This document shows positions 1 to 10,500 of a DNA stretch of 46,254 bases, in pieces (within the stretch, counting starts at the first letter, position 1; each line of letters starts with the position of its first letter). This DNA comes from an uncultured Elusimicrobia bacterium (GTDB lineage Bacteria > Elusimicrobiota > Endomicrobiia > DTEH01), in the NCBI GenBank assembly GCA_964521665.1, contig CAZFSG010000006.1, forward strand, positions 1 to 46,254, read 5' to 3'. Under the pieces are notes generated by a model that searched no databases, had not been told where the DNA came from, and saw nothing but the letters and a program-made list of their open reading frames with translations. The position numbers and the translations under genes were made by a program.

Positions 1-962
<962 letters not shown>

Positions 963-1004
963 ATCATTTGATTCTACTTTATTACTTCCAACAAAGAAAG
1001 TTCA

Positions 1005-1128
1005 CTCCCTGGTGACTATACCGACGAGGAAACACCCGGTAACATTCCGAACCCGGAAGTTAAGCTCGTCAGGGCCGATGGTACTTACCGCTAACTCGCG
1101 GTTGGGAGAGTAGGTCGTTGCCAGGGAG
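1005..1128 (+). rRNA. rrf: 5S rRNA
   Basis: Terminal helix CTCCCTGG...CCAGGGAG. Conserved CCGAACCCGGAAGTTAAGC and GGGAGAGTAGGTCG motifs. Lies about 40 nt after the 23S end. Confidence 0.93.
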
Positions 1129-1143
1129 CTTTCTTTAGTCTCT

Positions 1144-1911
1144 ATGAAAAAAATTTATTTTTTATCCATATTTATCTCAATTCTTTTTGCTTACGAAGGG
1201 ATCTTTGATAATAAATACAAATTTATTTTAGGATATCAATATACTCAACATAATTTTCTTTTGCAATCAATAGATAAAGAAGAAATATTGGTTGATATTA
1301 ACGGAAAATTGTATAAATATTTTGATAAAATATATCGAGAATATCGTCTCAAACTTTTATCTAATAATGTGTCATTATCTTTTGAGAGTAAGTTGTTTGG
1401 TAAAATTTGGTATGGAATAGATTTTCAGATAGTTCCTTCACAAAATGTTGAATTTAATAGTGTGCAAAAATTATGTTCTACAGAATATGGGTGGTGTAGT
1501 GGTGTTACAGTAAGTTATAGTTTGTTTCCACAAACAATAGTTTCAGATGGTATAAATATAGCAAGTAAAATATTTTTTGAAAATTATAAATTCAACTTTC
1601 TTATCTCAAATACGGAAAAGTATAAAATAGACACTCTGCTAAATATTACAAGTGTTTCTATAGGAGTAAATTTTTCAAAACTTATAAAGAAGGTTTTAGA
1701 AATAAATTATGGTGCTGAGTTTTTATATTACAATTCTTCTTTGATAGATAAGATAAATTACTTTATAGTGTCAGGTAAAGAATCAATCATTCAAATTTTT
1801 TTAAGTGGCAGAATATATATTACAAAAAATGAATCAATAAAGTTGGAAATTATAAAATCAATTGATAACAATAAGTACATAATTTTATCCGGCATAATAA
1901 TAAGGTGGTGA
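1144..1911 (+). CDS. Hypothetical secreted protein, possible small outer-membrane beta-barrel
   Basis: A 255-codon open frame in about 30% GC DNA is unlikely by chance. N-terminal signal-peptide-like MKKIYFLSIFISILFA/YEG, alternating hydrophobic strand-like segments, and a C-terminal aromatic residue (..IIIRW). No family recognised. No SD upstream. Confidence 0.55.
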   Translation: MKKIYFLSIFISILFAYEGIFDNKYKFILGYQYTQHNFLLQSIDKEEILVDINGKLYKYFDKIYREYRLKLLSNNVSLSFESKLFGKIWYGIDFQIVPSQNVEFNSVQKLCSTEYGWCSGVTVSYSLFPQTIVSDGINIASKIFFENYKFNFLISNTEKYKIDTLLNITSVSIGVNFSKLIKKVLEINYGAEFLYYNSSLIDKINYFIVSGKESIIQIFLSGRIYITKNESIKLEIIKSIDNNKYIILSGIIIRW

Positions 1912-1914
1912 TTT

Positions 1915-2457
1915 ATGTATAAAACAGCAAAGAAACATAAGATTTCTAGAGAAGATAAACAAAAGATTATTGAAGAAATTAGACAAAATATCAACACTTC
2001 ATCAGGATTAATAGTTGCAAACTATCAAGGACTTAATGTTGCTCAACTTACAGAACTAAGACGTGGATTAGCAAAATATAATGCAAAATTCAAAGTAGTA
2101 AAACAGAAACTATTTGAACTTTCTCTTAAGAACACAAAATTAGAAGAAATTAAAAAATTTATTCGTAATGCTATAGGTATTGTATGGTGTTATAACGAAG
2201 AAGAAGTTTTAAATGTTATAAAATACATAATTAATTATTCAAAACAAAATGAAAAATTAAAAATTTTATGTGGGTATTTGTATAACGAAATTTATGATTT
2301 TGAAAAAATAAAAGAAATTTATTCTTTACCATCAAAACAAGAACTTATTATAAGATTAATGCAACTGTTAAATTATCCAATAAACAGAATATATTTAACA
2401 CTGAGAACTCCAATCAGTTCACTAATAAACATATTATCTATAAAATCAACACAATGA
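1915..2457 (+). CDS. rplJ: 50S ribosomal protein L10
   Basis: L10-like sequence (..GLIVANYQGLNVAQLTELRRGL..KFKVVKQKL..). SD AAGGTGG upstream. Starts 4 nt after the preceding ORF. Confidence 0.85.
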   Translation: MYKTAKKHKISREDKQKIIEEIRQNINTSSGLIVANYQGLNVAQLTELRRGLAKYNAKFKVVKQKLFELSLKNTKLEEIKKFIRNAIGIVWCYNEEEVLNVIKYIINYSKQNEKLKILCGYLYNEIYDFEKIKEIYSLPSKQELIIRLMQLLNYPINRIYLTLRTPISSLINILSIKSTQ

Positions 2458-2709
2458 TATAAGTTCTGTTAACTAAAAATGATGTTCTTTGAGATAGAAA
2501 AAATTATAATTTTGGTAACCTCAGGCTTCATTCTGCAGATATTATTTTGTAACTACAGATTTCAGTTTCCGCATATTATTTTATTATTTCTATTCGGAGA
2601 CCTTAGCCTGCTAAAATAAACCAAAACTTGGTCTGCTAAAAAGGTTGTTTATCCTGAATGTGGAAGTGTAGATGAAACTATACCGGTGATGGAATTAAAA
2701 TTTTGTTTT

Positions 2710-2731
2710 CGCTAATTTTAATTAGCGTTTT
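2710..2731 (+). terminator. Terminator-like hairpin plus T-tract inside the rplJ-rplL spacer
   Basis: CGCTAATT-TT-AATTAGCG inverted repeat followed by TTTT. The stem is short and AT-rich, so function is uncertain. Confidence 0.3.
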
Positions 2732-2744
2732 GCGAGCATAGGGG

Positions 2745-2773
2745 TTGATATAAATCAGCGAATACAATATGGT
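2745..2773 (+). promoter_or_regulatory. Sigma70-like promoter candidate (TTGATA-17 nt-TATGGT)
   Basis: Hexamers and spacing read directly from the sequence. AT-rich DNA yields many chance matches. Confidence 0.2.
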
Positions 2774-2832
2774 AAGCAGTAGCAGGAAACCTTGACCTGA
2801 CTTTAAAGGAATTGTGGAAAAAATGCAATAAC

Positions 2833-2861
2833 TTGGTTGTTCCAAAATGTAAGTTTAAATT
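2833..2861 (+). promoter_or_regulatory. Sigma70-like promoter candidate (TTGGTT-17 nt-TAAATT) upstream of rplL
   Basis: Hexamers and spacing read directly. It would give a leader of about 75 nt to the rplL ATG. Confidence 0.25.
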
Positions 2862-2941
2862 TTTGTTTCTGCAAATCGCTGGATTTTCATAAACATCATA
2901 AAATAGTTACCAAAACTATGATATAAAAGGGGGATTAATTT

Positions 2942-3331
2942 ATGAGCGAAAAATTAACTAATATAGTAGAAAGCATAAGTAAATTAACAGTAATAGAACT
3001 TGCAGAACTTGTTAAACAGCTTGAAGAAAAGTTTGGTATTCAAGCACAACCGATTGGATTTACACCTCAAGCAGTAGCTGCTGCAGCGGGACAAGTATCT
3101 ACTGCTGCTGAAGAACAAAAAACTGAGTTCAATGTTATTTTAACAAATGCTGGAAGTAACAAGATACAGGTTATCAAAGTTGTCCGAGAAATTACAGGAT
3201 TAGGATTAAAAGAAGCAAAAGATTTAGTTGAAAGTTTACCAAAAGCAATTAAAGAAAATATTCCAAAAGAACAAGCTGAAGAAATTAAGAAAAAATTAGA
3301 ATCTGTTGGTGCCACAGTAGAAATAAAATAA
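2942..3331 (+). CDS. rplL: 50S ribosomal protein L7/L12
   Basis: Typical L12 layout: N-terminal dimerisation helix, Ala-rich hinge (AVAAAAG), and C-terminal domain [24 protein letters not shown]. Strong SD AAAGGGGGA. Confidence 0.97.
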   Translation: MSEKLTNIVESISKLTVIELAELVKQLEEKFGIQAQPIGFTPQAVAAAAGQVSTAAEEQKTEFNVILTNAGSNKIQVIKVVREITGLGLKEAKDLVESLPKAIKENIPKEQAEEIKKKLESVGATVEIK

Positions 3332-3388
3332 AAATATCTTCTAACAAAAGAATAAAAAAATTTATTAAATTTCGAGGTAAAAGTTTAT

Positions 3389-6300
3389 ATGAAACAACAA
3401 AAGGAGATAAAACAAGTTTCTTTTGCAAAATATTCATTTCCAGACCAATATTTTCCAGATATTTTAGAGGTACCCAAAAATTCTTATAAAGAATTTTTGC
3501 AACAAGACGTTCCTTTAGAAGAAAAGAAGATGGTGGGTATTCATAAGGTATTAGTAAAATTTTTTGGTCTTGCTGATACAAGTGATATATACATCAAAAA
3601 TTTACCTTCTGACAATAATAAAAAAGAAATAGTGTTACAGAAACTCGCAGATTGGACAAATATATGTGTAAAAGATATAGAACGAATGGTTTCATTCGGA
3701 TTACCAATAAAAAAATGTGTGAAAGTGGATAAAAAAGTACAACAAATTTTATCTGAGATAGAAGAAATGGGTACAGAAGTTTCAATTTCTCCATCTGGTT
3801 TATCTGTTCAAGTCGGTGATACTACAGTAACAATACAATATAACGGATATAATTTAGTTCCTTCAAAATATCCATTATATGACGATAAAGAAGCAAAATT
3901 ATATAATAACATATCTAATACTTCACATCCTATACAATTTCCTGATGGTTTTAACAGACAATCATGTAAATTTACCGGAAGAACTTATGATGCGCGCTTA
4001 GAAGTGAATTTTAGAGTGGTTAAAGAAGTGGAGGGTGAAGAACCAAAAATAGTTGATGATAACAATGTTTACTTTTGTAATATTCCTCTTATGACTGATT
4101 ATGGGTCTTTTATTATTAATGGTGTAGAACGTGTTGGTATAACACAAATACACAAGCCTCATGGAGTAGTTTTCGATGAAGATGAAGAAAACAAAATTTC
4201 AAAAGAGGGAAGAAAACTTTATACCGCTCGTATATATGATAGTGTATATTCACCTCCTCCATCAATTGAGTTTAGGTTTGATTCTGATAATAATTTAAAT
4301 GTAATTTTTAATATACCTGGTGCAGTAGAAAATAAAAAAATTCCTATTATACGATATTTACATTCGTTAGGGATTACTTATGAAGAAATTAAAAAATATT
4401 TGTGTTATACAGAAAAAATTGCTGTTGAAAAATTAAAAGAAGAGCTTGAGAAAGAAGAAAATAAAAATAAAATTATGTTAGCAGAAGAAATTGTGGATAA
4501 CCAAACAGGAGAAGTGTTATATGAGATATTTACTATACTAACCCCTGCTGTAATAAACCATCTATCTCAGAAAGATATAAAATCTATTGAAATACTGCGA
4601 AAAGAAAAAAATGTTGCAATGTTTAATACCATCTTAAGTAGTTTGGAACAAAAAAGGTTGCCTACAATAAAAGAAGATATTTTCTACATTTATAAATTTT
4701 TATATCCTAACTTCCCAATAAGAGGAAAAGATATTGAAGATTATGATACACTTAAAAGAATGGAATCAGAAATTTATAAAAGAACAATTTACGGTTTTGA
4801 CATTGGTCATTTGGGTAGATATTTGACAAACAGAAAATTAGACGAAGTTTATAAAGAACTAAAAAATTTTGATAGAAAACCTTCAGAAACTGTTACCGAA
4901 TTGCAAATAATTGATATTTTAGCAACTGTCAAATATTTACTCTATTTGAATAACAATGAGAAATTACCAAGTGGTAAAAATCCTGAAATAGATGATGTTG
5001 ACCATCTAGGTTACCGTCATATACGACCTGTTGGAGAACAAATTGAGGAACAATTTTTACGTGCAATTGAGTTAATTACAAGGTCTGCTAAAGAACAAAT
5101 CCGACAAATTATTTCTCATAGTAAAAGTATTACTTCTTTATTGCCGTCAAAAATTTTAAATACTATACCTTTAGTTACAGCTATTAACAAATTTTTTAAA
5201 ACAAACGAACTTTTACAACTTCTTGATGAAACAAACTTATTATCTGCTGTTACTGCAAAACGTCGTGTGTCTGCGTTAGGGGTGGGAGGTTTATCAAGAA
5301 AATATGCTGGTTTTGAAGTAAGAGATATCCATCCGACTTCATATGGAAGAGTTTGTCCTATTGAAACACCAGAAGGACAAAATATAGGACTAATCACATC
5401 TTTAGCGTTGTTTGCTCGTGTTAATAAATATGGATTGATTGTAACACCATATAGAAAAGTAGAAAATGGTAAAGTGACTGATAAAGTGGTATATATGGAT
5501 GCATCAGAGGAAGAAAAATATGTTATAGCATCTATAGATGCTATAGATGTCACAACAAATAGACTAAAAGAAGGGAAGATTTTAGCAAGAGTTAAAGGTG
5601 AGATTATTTACGTAGATTCAAAAGATGTAGACTATGTTGATATTTCTTCTCAACAACAATTTTCTATTTCTGCAGCACTTATTCCGTTTATAGATCATGA
5701 TGATGCTAATCGTGCATTAATGGGTGCAAATATGCAACGTCAAGCAGTACCTTTACTTATTCCTGAGGCACCATTAGTTGCTACAGGAATAGAAAGCAAA
5801 ATCACCAAAGATGGCTACGGATGTATAAAAGCCAAAAGAAAAGGGAAAGTTTTGTTTGTTGATGCTTCAGAAATTGTTATTCATACAGAAGATGGCGACT
5901 TAGACTTCTATTATTTGCCAAAGTTTCAACGAACAAATCAAGATACAATCAGAAATTATATACCTTATGTTGAAAGAGGTCAATTAGTAAAAGAAGGAGA
6001 TATTATTGCAGGAGATATGTGTATTGACAGAGGACAACTTGCATTAGGTAAAAATGTTCTTGTAGCATTTATGAGTTTTGAAGGATACAATTTTGAAGAT
6101 GCTATCCTTATTTCCGAAAGATTAGTAAAAGAGGATGTGTTTACATCGATAACTATTACAGAGTTTGAAACAGATGCAAGAGAAACAAAGTTAGGTCCCG
6201 AAGTTATTACGAGAGATCTTCCTAGTGATGAGATTACTGAAGAAAAATTGAGTAATTTAGATGATGAAGGAATTGTTAAAATAGGTACAGAAGTTAAACC

Positions 6301-7549
6301 TGGTGATATCCTTGTGGGTAAAGTTGTTCCAAGGGGTGAAGAGGCAACAACTGTAGAAGAAAAATTACTTCAAGCTATTTTTGGTAAAAAACTTGAAAGT
6401 GGAAAAGTTGTTCCATTAGAAGTACCACCAGGTGTTAGAGGGAAAGTGATTTGGCGACAAGTTTTGGTTCGTAGAGAAAAACTTTCTAAAAGTGAGCGAA
6501 AGAGAAAACTTGAACTTATAAACCAACAATATTCAAAAATAAAAAAATTTTTAGAAAAAGAAAAAGAATATGTTTCTGCACAGAGAGGTAAAGAAGAAAA
6601 AGAACATATTGAAAAATATTATTCTTCACTTTGGGAAGAATATGAGAAAATAAAACAACGAACTAAAGAAAAAATTAAAAAATCTTTTTCTGATGATTTA
6701 CCTTTAACAGTTATCCAATCTGTTAAAGTTTATATTGCATCTTTAAGAAAAATACAGGTGGGAGATAAACTTTCCGGTAGACATGGGAACAAAGGTGTGA
6801 TAGCTAAAATACTGCCTGAGGAAGATATGCCATATTTGCCCGATGGTACACCTGTAGATATTGTATTGTCACCTTTAGGAGTTCCATCCAGAATGAATGT
6901 TGGACAATTGTTAGAAACAATGTTAGGGTGGGCTGCTAAGCAATTAAATGTTCAATATATTACACCACCGTTTGAAGGTGCTACTGAAGAAGATGTTAAA
7001 AATGAAATTAGAAAAGCAAAGGAGTTTTTAAAGAAGAAAGGGGTTCCTGAAAAATATTTACCTGATGATAGTTGTAAAATAACTCTTTATGATGGGAGAA
7101 CAGGCGAACCGTTTATGGAAAAATGTTTGATAGGATATATGTATATTATGAAGCTTATCCACATGGTGGAAGACAAAATACATGCACGTTCTACAGGGCC
7201 ATACTCATTAGTTACAAAACAACCTCTAGGTGGAAAAGCACATTTTGGTGGACAACGACTTGGTGAAATGGAGGTATGGGCATTAGAAGGATATGGTGCT
7301 GCTTACACATTACAAAACTTTTTGACAATTAAAAGTGATGATGTTGAAGGTAGGAAAAAGGTCTATGAAGCAATAGTTAAAGGTGAACCCCTTACTTATA
7401 TGGGTGTACCAGAATCATTTAAAGTTTTAGTGAAAGAATTGCAAACTCTTGCTTTAAATATAGAATTTTTCACAAGAAAATATAAGACTAAAGAGTATAA
7501 GGAAGAAAAAGTCAAAATTAAAAAAAGTAAATCTTCACAAGAGACCTAA
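3389..7549 (+). CDS. rpoB: DNA-directed RNA polymerase subunit beta (1386 aa, with lineage-specific insertions)
   Basis: Conserved beta blocks (IPLMTDYGSFIINGVERV, RRVSALGVGGLSR, CPIETPEGQNIGLI, NMQRQAVPL, GDKLSGRHGNKGV, GGQRLGEMEVWALEGYGAA). Confidence 0.98.
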   Translation: MKQQKEIKQVSFAKYSFPDQYFPDILEVPKNSYKEFLQQDVPLEEKKMVGIHKVLVKFFGLADTSDIYIKNLPSDNNKKEIVLQKLADWTNICVKDIERMVSFGLPIKKCVKVDKKVQQILSEIEEMGTEVSISPSGLSVQVGDTTVTIQYNGYNLVPSKYPLYDDKEAKLYNNISNTSHPIQFPDGFNRQSCKFTGRTYDARLEVNFRVVKEVEGEEPKIVDDNNVYFCNIPLMTDYGSFIINGVERVGITQIHKPHGVVFDEDEENKISKEGRKLYTARIYDSVYSPPPSIEFRFDSDNNLNVIFNIPGAVENKKIPIIRYLHSLGITYEEIKKYLCYTEKIAVEKLKEELEKEENKNKIMLAEEIVDNQTGEVLYEIFTILTPAVINHLSQKDIKSIEILRKEKNVAMFNTILSSLEQKRLPTIKEDIFYIYKFLYPNFPIRGKDIEDYDTLKRMESEIYKRTIYGFDIGHLGRYLTNRKLDEVYKELKNFDRKPSETVTELQIIDILATVKYLLYLNNNEKLPSGKNPEIDDVDHLGYRHIRPVGEQIEEQFLRAIELITRSAKEQIRQIISHSKSITSLLPSKILNTIPLVTAINKFFKTNELLQLLDETNLLSAVTAKRRVSALGVGGLSRKYAGFEVRDIHPTSYGRVCPIETPEGQNIGLITSLALFARVNKYGLIVTPYRKVENGKVTDKVVYMDASEEEKYVIASIDAIDVTTNRLKEGKILARVKGEIIYVDSKDVDYVDISSQQQFSISAALIPFIDHDDANRALMGANMQRQAVPLLIPEAPLVATGIESKITKDGYGCIKAKRKGKVLFVDASEIVIHTEDGDLDFYYLPKFQRTNQDTIRNYIPYVERGQLVKEGDIIAGDMCIDRGQLALGKNVLVAFMSFEGYNFEDAILISERLVKEDVFTSITITEFETDARETKLGPEVITRDLPSDEITEEKLSNLDDEGIVKIGTEVKPGDILVGKVVPRGEEATTVEEKLLQAIFGKKLESGKVVPLEVPPGVRGKVIWRQVLVRREKLSKSERKRKLELINQQYSKIKKFLEKEKEYVSAQRGKEEKEHIEKYYSSLWEEYEKIKQRTKEKIKKSFSDDLPLTVIQSVKVYIASLRKIQVGDKLSGRHGNKGVIAKILPEEDMPYLPDGTPVDIVLSPLGVPSRMNVGQLLETMLGWAAKQLNVQYITPPFEGATEEDVKNEIRKAKEFLKKKGVPEKYLPDDSCKITLYDGRTGEPFMEKCLIGYMYIMKLIHMVEDKIHARSTGPYSLVTKQPLGGKAHFGGQRLGEMEVWALEGYGAAYTLQNFLTIKSDDVEGRKKVYEAIVKGEPLTYMGVPESFKVLVKELQTLALNIEFFTRKYKTKEYKEEKVKIKKSKSSQET

Positions 7550-7578
7550 AATAAATTAGAGTTAGGGGTGAATAAAAA

Positions 7579-10500
7579 ATGAAGTTATCTTTAAAGAAAA
7601 AACAAGAGATTGATTTTTTTAATTTTGAAGCAATAGGTATTTCATTAGCATCACCTGAACAAATCAGAGAAATGTCTTATGGTGAAGTGAAAAAGACAGA
7701 AACATTGAATTACAAAACCTTAAAACCTGAACGAGATGGATTGTTTTGCGAAAAAATATTTGGTCCTGTTCGAGACTATGAATGTTCTTGTGGCAAATAT
7801 AAGAAGACTATGGCGGTAGCTTCTGATACAATAAAACCAATTGTTTGTAATCGGTGTGGTGTGGAAATTACGAGTTCAAAAGTTCGTAGGGAACGTATGG
7901 GACATATTGAGCTTGCAGTACCTGTAGCACATTTTTGGTATTTTGGTAAGGTGCCATCTAAAATTGCTATATTTTTAGACATGAGTCATCCAGATGTGAA
8001 AGATATTATTTACGGTTTAGTTTGGGTAACAGTTAAGGAAATAGATGATATTAAAGATTTAGTTTTACAATCTATACAAAGCGAAATAGGAGAACAACCT
8101 GAAAGATGTGGCCTTAGTAAAGAACATATCGATGTTTTCTATTATATAATAAAAGAAAATAAGGAAAAAATACCTTTACCTAAAAAATTCCTACTCAGTA
8201 GTAAAGAAAAACATCTTTCAAAACTTGCTTCACACATAATTGGCTATTTAAAAAAATTTTTACAAAATTTTAGAAAAGACAAAAATAAAATATCTACTTT
8301 AGCAACAAAATTAGAAGTTAAAGAGGACCAGATAATCAATATTGTTGATGCTTGTTTACAAAAATTGATAAGTTATATTGAGAGTCAATCAAATTATTTC
8401 TTTAGAAAAGTTGTAGAAGATATCATAAATGATGAAAAATATATAGGCAACCTTGGCGATCCTAAAAATTATCTTAAAGAAAATGTGTCTGTGTTAACAA
8501 ATGCAGAAGCAATATATCGGTTGTTAAGAGATGAGGGTAAAGAAGAAAATTTAAAAAAAGAGTTGGAAATTATTAAAAAAGAGCTAAAAGAACTTTATAA
8601 ACAAGAAAATATTTCGCGGACACTATTATTGTTTGAAAAATATAAAGATGTTGATGTTTATAAAGAAGATATGCATATAATATCAAAAATTAAAGATATT
8701 TTAGGTTTTTCTACGAAACAATCGCAACAAAATGATCTTCAACAAGAAATAAACGAACTAAAAAACGCACTTATATCTCACATTGAAAAAGGAATTTCTT
8801 CAGAGATATTAAGCGAATTGTCTGTGTTGTTTAAAAAATATAGTATCACAATACACCCATCACCTGAAAGAAGTAGATTAATTAACAGATCTAAATTGAT
8901 AGAAAACTTTTTAACAAAAAATATAAAACCTGAATGGATGGTTTTAACTGTGTTACCAGTTTTACCACCAGACTTACGACCTTTAGTAGTGATTGAAGGT
9001 GGGAAATTCGCAAGTAGTGATTTAAATGAATTATACAGAAGAATAATTCATAGGAATAATAGGTTAAGAAAGTTTTTCCTTACTACAAAAGAAAGTTCTT
9101 CTAAAGAAGGAGGGCTTGCGGGGATACCTAAACCAGTACTATTAAATGAAAAAAGGTTATTACAAGAAGCGGTTGATGCGTTGATAGAAAATAGTGCTAA
9201 AAAACATCCGATTATGATGAGTGCACAAAAACGTCCTTTAAAATCTTTAACTGACATTCTAAAAGGCAAAAAAGGTAGATTCAGACAAAATTTATTAGGT
9301 AAACGTATTGATTACTCAGGTAGAAGTACTATTGCGGTAGGTCCTGAACTGAAACTTTATCAATGTGGTTTACCAAAAGAAATGGCATATGAGTTGTTTA
9401 AACCTTATTTGATACACAAAGTGATGAAAAAACTAAATGTTTCGCTGAAGAAAGCAAAAATCATGGTTGATAGGAAAGTTCCTGAAATATGGGATTTACT
9501 TGAAGAAATAACTAAACATCATGTGGTGCTTTTAAATCGTGCACCAACTTTACATACACCCAGTATTCAAGCGTTTGAACCAGTTCTTGTTGATGGGAAA
9601 GCGATTTTAATTCATCCTATGGTATGTACGCCATATAATGCAGATTTTGATGGTGACCAAATGGGTGTGTATGTTCCGTTAACACTTCAAGCATTAACTG
9701 AAGCAAAATTGTTGATGACTTCATACTTCAGTTTGTTTTCACCAGCTAATGGCAAAGTGCTTATAGGACCTACACAGGATGTTGTTTTAGGTATTTCATA
9801 TCTTACTGCAGTAAAAGATGGTGAGAAAGGCGAAGGCAAGATTTTTAGTTCTGCAGAGGAAGCAATATATGCGTATGAACAAGGAATAATAAATTTAAAT
9901 TCAAAGATCAAAGTTGTTGGTATCACAGATTTAGAAATAAAATATGAAAATGGAAAACCTGATTATTCTATAACAAAAGATCCAACTAAATGGCAAAGTT
10001 ATACAACAGTGGGAAGATTAATATTTAATAGTATATTGCCGAAAGAAATTTCTTTGTTTAACTTATCTTTATCAGATGAGGAAAAGAAGAAAAAAAATCG
10101 TGTTTTTGGTAAAAACGATCTTGTTGACCTTATAAAAGAGATATATCAAAAATGTGGTGCGTACGAAACAATAAAGTTTTTAGATGAGCTTAAAAAACTT
10201 GGGTATCATTATGCAACAATTTCTGGATTTACAATTTCTGTTGACGATATGATTATACCAAAAGGTAAGTTAGAAAAAATAAAAGAAGCTCAACAAAGAA
10301 TCAAAGAGGTTGAACAACAAGCAAAAGAAGGTATAATTACTGAAAAAGAAAGATATAATTCTGTAATAGATATATGGTCTGAAACTATTGACAAAATTAC
10401 AAAAGAAATGATTGAGGAAATGGAAAAAGTAGGTAAAGAACCTTACAGAGAAGGTAAACCGCGGTTCAATTCTGTGTATTTTATGGCACAATCAGGTGCA

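Noticed and set aside
2458-2941. Possibility that the rplJ-rplL spacer holds a known riboswitch, RNase P RNA, tmRNA, SRP RNA or 6S RNA
   Set aside because: None of the conserved cores I can recall is present (GAGGAAAGTCC for RNase P, a tRNA-like CCA end for tmRNA, the SRP GGAA/AGCA loop, the T-box AGGGTGGTACCGCG, the TPP CTGAGA plus ACCTGATCTGGATAATGCCAGCG). Its base composition is unlike the other structural RNAs in the window. It stays as an unexplained spacer under findings, not as a named RNA.
5116-5553. Long antisense ORFs inside conserved genes (5116..5553, 16135..16464, 17750..18145, 22408..22755, 31456..31815, 35298..35852 and others)
   Set aside because: Each is fully embedded antisense to a strongly supported housekeeping CDS. 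They have no SD or start context and encode low-complexity peptides. This is the expected by-product of codon-phase bias, and nothing suggests overlapping genes.
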